Of a DNA stretch of 64,000 nt, positions 60,521 through 64,000 are shown piece after piece. Numbering within the stretch: the first letter of the stretch is position 1; every line of letters starts with the position of its first letter. Both the position numbers and the translations under genes were made by a program. The stretch covers positions 678,762-742,761 of the forward strand of contig JYNZ01000003.1 in NCBI GenBank assembly GCA_001567355.1. Direction: 5' to 3'. This stretch comes from a candidate division WS6 bacterium OLB20 (GTDB taxonomy: Bacteria; Patescibacteriota; Dojkabacteria; B142; OLB20). The notes under the pieces are model-generated. The model made no database searches. It was not told where the DNA came from and saw only the letters and a list, made by a program, of their open reading frames with translations.

Positions 60521-61135
60521 TCAGGCACGTACGCCAAGCATCCGGCTGATTGAGTCATTGATCGCAGCAACGCTCGTTATGACAGGGTAGAGTTCGTCGT
60601 CAGCCCCTCGATCAGTCATATCCCATGGCCGTTGCAGAAAATCATAAAACGGTGATAACTCGCCAGGGTTTTTTGCCCTTGAAAACTCATGCAGATCACC
60701 ATCAAGCGCACCAAGGAGCATACCCATGTATCTGTTCTCAACTCCTCCGACAACGTAGCCGTTGGCTATATGTTCCGGGGCATATCCGGTCTGCTGATAA
60801 AAGGCTCGCAATACAGCTGCAGTCTGGGGAGCGATCTCCCCGGTCTGCTGCTTGTCGGCATGCACGGTAGCCAGGATACGCAGCTGGTCCTCCATTTGCA
60901 GGAATGATGTTCCGCGTTCAAAATTACACAGCCAGTTCTTGCCGGCTCTTGCTATATCCACGTTCGGTGTGTACAGCGGAATGCGCATGGTGTCACCGGT
61001 CCGGTACATCCATGTGTTGTAGCCGAGCGGGTCGATACCCGAAACAAGCTTAGATGACATGCCCTCAATTTTGGGAGCAGCATTTGCTATCTGCAATGCT
61101 AAACTAAGGAGCCGTCTTTGTCTGATGTCTTCCAT
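60521..61135 (-). CDS. hypothetical protein
   Basis: ORF, no recognised motif. Confidence 0.3.
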   Translation of the reverse strand: MEDIRQRRLLSLALQIANAAPKIEGMSSKLVSGIDPLGYNTWMYRTGDTMRIPLYTPNVDIARAGKNWLCNFERGTSFLQMEDQLRILATVHADKQQTGEIAPQTAAVLRAFYQQTGYAPEHIANGYVVGGVENRYMGMLLGALDGDLHEFSRAKNPGELSPFYDFLQRPWDMTDRGADDELYPVITSVAAINDSISRMLGVRA

Positions 61136-61197
61136 ATTAGGTATGTAACAATGTCTGTGAGTATAGCAGAATTGTCCGAAATATCAAAAGAAAACAC

Positions 61198-61225
61198 CTG
61201 TGTCCATATAGTGTCCGTTATAATA
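61198..61225. promoter_or_regulatory. 10-bp perfect inverted repeat ATAGTGTCCG-ttataata-CGGACACTAT (with upstream direct repeat of GTGTCC) in long noncoding region upstream of histidine kinase
   Basis: Palindrome seen directly. Lies in the 612-nt ORF-poor region 61136-61747. Confidence 0.4.
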
Positions 61226-61747
61226 CGGACACTATCTTCTTTCGTATAGGGACGTCTGGATAATAGTGTTCCCGTGGAGCATATCCCTTCAGATATGAAT
61301 GGAAATCTCACTGCAGCTGGTTCCATAAATCCACCATGGAAGATGCGGAGGCTGAATCGACGCAGCTCAGACTGCGTGAGGTCTATCCTTCCGACCGGAC
61401 AAACCGCCTGTTCGAGTTGGGTGTTAGTAAGAAAACACACTGCGCGGACTTTTCACAACGGGGGTGTGAGCATCAGAAGATCACCGTGCAGCTATGAACT
61501 CATCTGACTGACGATCAGATCGTGAAGAAGGCTGAGTGCGGGCATAACATACGCAGGTATTTATCAAATATACAGTATCTTCAGAAAGGTGTTGCACTAT
61601 GGCCTGATAGGCTTGCTTGTTTTTTTTGTTTTCACAATAACCTGCTTCCTGACAAAGCCAGTGAACGCAATTACAAGACATTCGCCGCTATCTGACAGTA
61701 GCGTCGAGACGGGATTAACACTATACTTGTGCTAGACATTCTGCCCA

Positions 61748-63820
61748 ATGAACAGTTCCCGACGCACAATTTATGTATTTTTCGCATTCACACTGGTTGT
61801 CTTTACGTTTGTGTTTGCCTTTCGTGCGTATAATTCGTATGAGGGCTTTAGGCGGCTGGAGCGATTACTGGAGATTGAGCAGCAGTCGTTACTGCTTGAC
61901 TCTACTGTGGAATATACAGACGAGATAACTCAGGAATTCGGCCACCTGGAAAGCTTTCTTAGGGTAATGACGCTGACGAACCGGGTCGTGACCGCTAGTG
62001 ATGATTGCGACCTGTTTTTACGGGATGCACTGGTAGATGGGGGAACAATTGCTGCAGCATTATTCAGAACAGATATCACGGGTGCTGTTGTATGTGCATC
62101 AGACGAATCAACTGCTGTTTCTGTTCCCGGTTTGCCGTTTGACTTTGCAGCTGCGAATGTAGAGTCAATCCTGCGCATTGCATATCAGTCAGATCAAAGT
62201 GATACCACACAGATTTTTGTAAGTGTTCCTGTCCTGGATACCGAAGGAGATCAGATCGGTGCTCTGACTGCAGTAGTATTCCCCGAACTGTTCCGTGACT
62301 TCCTTTCAATACCTCCTGACAGGCATGTTCATGAGGTGCATTCAACGCAGATTGTTGATGGGGATCATACTGTTGTTTACCACACAAATCCGGCATACCA
62401 CGGCATGTCAATCCAGTCAATTGAGGCTGGCATCCCGCAGGACATCATCGGCAGATTACGTTCGGCTCTTGAAAACAGACAGTCAGGAGTCTTTAGAGGT
62501 GCAGACAAGTACCAACTGGTTGCAGTATCAGTCGCAGATATCATTGCTGGTGAGCATTATGCTGTCGTCTTGCATGCCACTGCTGATTCACTCAATCCTG
62601 ACCAGTGGAATGTGGCCGAGACTGCCAGGACAACAGGTATTCTGGAGATAATAATAAACACGGCAGTGTACATTGCTGGTGTCATGGTAATTCTGCTGCT
62701 TATGCGGAATGCCCTGAAGCGAGAGTTCGAACATGGCGCGCAGCAATCAGAAAAGGACCGCCAGATTCGTTCAACCCAGCAGCAACTATCCGAAATTGCT
62801 GAACGACTACCGCTGGGACTTGTTCTTTTCAGCAATAAATCAGGAGGATCAAAGGTAACCGCTGCAAATCCAGCTGCGCAGAAGATGCTGTCGCGTGTTC
62901 GACCGGTCCTGACTGGAAGATCCCTGCTGCAGATTTTCCGGGACGAGACATTATCAAATGCTGTCGAACGGCTTGCCAGAGGCAGCGAACACGAAGAAGT
63001 TGAGCTTAAGGTTCCCCTTGATACCGACATGATTGTTTATACCGCCAGGCTCTTCCCGACCGGCATGGAGGGGTTTGCAATGCTGCTCAGTGACGTGACA
63101 CAAGCCTACAACGAACGCGAGAGTCTGAGACGTCTCAGGGATCTTAAATCCAACTTCATGACTGTGATATCGCATCAGATGAGGACCCCACTTAATGCAA
63201 TTAACTGGCTCCTGGAGGCCAATCTTAAGGATGGCGTCTATACTCTGGATTCGTCTGTTGCCGGCACCATCGCAGAATCAGTCCGTTTTATGGAAACCAT
63301 CATCAATGACTTTATCCTGCTGCTTGAACTGCTTGAGGATGAGGTACATATAGAAAAACAAACAGTCGATATCACCAAGATCGTTGCAGATATTGCCACA
63401 GAACTCTCGGATAAATACGCAGACAAGGCTGTCTCACTTGAGATCTACGCACCTGAGGTCGTTGAAGTTGATGGTGACCTGTATAAACTTACCAGAGCTA
63501 TAGCGCATCTTATCGGTAACGCATTCCTCTACACCAAAAGTACCGTAAAAATACGGGTTGTAAAGAGCAGTTCCTACGCACGTTTGAGTGTCGAGGATGA
63601 CGGTATCGGTATTCCTGAGCAGGCAATCGAATATCTGTTTGAACCGTTCTTTCGAGCGAGTAATGCAGTGCTTGTTGATCCGGACAGAACAGGTATGGGG
63701 CTTCCTATCCTTAAAGGTGTAATTGATGCACACGCGGGCACAGTTGAGGTAACCAGCAAAGAGGGGGAATGGACAAAGGTGGTCATTACAATGCCTACTA
63801 CTCCCTCTCTTACTATCTAA
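61748..63820 (+). CDS. sensor histidine kinase (N-terminal TM, extracytoplasmic sensor domain, second TM, PAS-like, HisKA, HATPase_c)
   Basis: H-box FMTVISHQMRTPLNAI, N box (HLIGNAF), and G1/G2 boxes (VEDDGIGIP…GMGLPILKG). Confidence 0.8.
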   Translation: MNSSRRTIYVFFAFTLVVFTFVFAFRAYNSYEGFRRLERLLEIEQQSLLLDSTVEYTDEITQEFGHLESFLRVMTLTNRVVTASDDCDLFLRDALVDGGTIAAALFRTDITGAVVCASDESTAVSVPGLPFDFAAANVESILRIAYQSDQSDTTQIFVSVPVLDTEGDQIGALTAVVFPELFRDFLSIPPDRHVHEVHSTQIVDGDHTVVYHTNPAYHGMSIQSIEAGIPQDIIGRLRSALENRQSGVFRGADKYQLVAVSVADIIAGEHYAVVLHATADSLNPDQWNVAETARTTGILEIIINTAVYIAGVMVILLLMRNALKREFEHGAQQSEKDRQIRSTQQQLSEIAERLPLGLVLFSNKSGGSKVTAANPAAQKMLSRVRPVLTGRSLLQIFRDETLSNAVERLARGSEHEEVELKVPLDTDMIVYTARLFPTGMEGFAMLLSDVTQAYNERESLRRLRDLKSNFMTVISHQMRTPLNAINWLLEANLKDGVYTLDSSVAGTIAESVRFMETIINDFILLLELLEDEVHIEKQTVDITKIVADIATELSDKYADKAVSLEIYAPEVVEVDGDLYKLTRAIAHLIGNAFLYTKSTVKIRVVKSSSYARLSVEDDGIGIPEQAIEYLFEPFFRASNAVLVDPDRTGMGLPILKGVIDAHAGTVEVTSKEGEWTKVVITMPTTPSLTI

Positions 63821-63884
63821 GGATGTGAAAATAACTGCAATATATGGTTTACTGTAACCATATATTAGCAACAGATTTATGTTC

Positions 63885-64000
63885 AAACGAGCGATAGTGT
63901 CTGCCCTTGGCGTTTTTGCCCTGGCAGCATGTACGTCTATTCCCGGACTGGGTGGCTTTTCACAGCTGGGCAGTCAGCAGGAGATCGACAGTTTTCTTTC
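63885..64000 (+). CDS. lipoprotein, N-terminal fragment (runs off window end)
   Basis: MFKRAIVSALGVFALAACTS: lipobox LAAC. Confidence 0.4.

Noticed and set aside
61300-61480. tmRNA/tRNA-like fragments (GGCTGAATCGACG, GTTCGAG)
   Set aside because: No acceptor/T-arm cloverleaf or tag-peptide reading frame could be assembled. Similarity is limited to short strings.
1-64000. CRISPR arrays, rRNA, tRNA genes, transposases/integrases
   Set aside because: Scanned for short regularly spaced direct repeats, rRNA signatures, GGTTCGA-type T-loops and DDE/tyrosine-recombinase motifs. None found.
1-64000. UGA recoding (genetic code 25)
   Set aside because: Genes terminating at TGA (for example rnpA, ORFs reconstructed above) have sensible C-termini and downstream frames are not conserved. 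Standard code assumed.

Overview
This window looks like a 64-kb chromosomal segment from a small-genome bacterium with a Gram-positive-type envelope toolkit (sortase, FemAB-type transferase, MurF, class A PBP, ftsQ-ftsA-ftsZ). It may be a Patescibacteria/CPR-like lineage; that is an inference from gene content only. Housekeeping genes are interspersed: rpmH-rnpA, rpoD, rpsO, trxA, gltX, a family II pyrophosphatase, NUDIX, 5-FCL and GNAT. The middle third (about 22-48 kb) is an accessory-looking block of secreted or surface proteins. It holds two tandem paralogous giant subtilisin (S8) proteases, each fused to six copies of an ~85-aa lectin-like beta-sandwich repeat, followed by a membrane-anchored PGRP/Amidase_2 cell-wall amidase. 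It also holds an acyltransferase-3/CE4-deacetylase fusion, a TM + Ig-like + C39-like peptidase, several GT-C (PMT/ArnT/TMTC-like) glycosyltransferases, two paralogous Cys-rich Pro/Thr-repeat surface proteins, and a GH clan-A lipoprotein. An orphan membrane-anchored VirD4/TraD/HerA-like P-loop ATPase and an orphan sensor histidine kinase lie near the 3' end. No rRNA, tRNA, CRISPR array or recognisable transposase was found. At least ten single-base frameshifts at short homopolymers split otherwise intact genes: rpsO, ppaC (x2), PBP1A, the PEP-utilising-family gene (x2), both S8-lectin genes, the ATPase and an FN3 protein. This pattern is most simply explained by homopolymer indel errors in the assembly rather than pseudogenisation. 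Two intergenic regions flanking the NUDIX gene carry a repeated ~55-nt G/C-run composite element, and two strong palindromic operator-like sites were seen.
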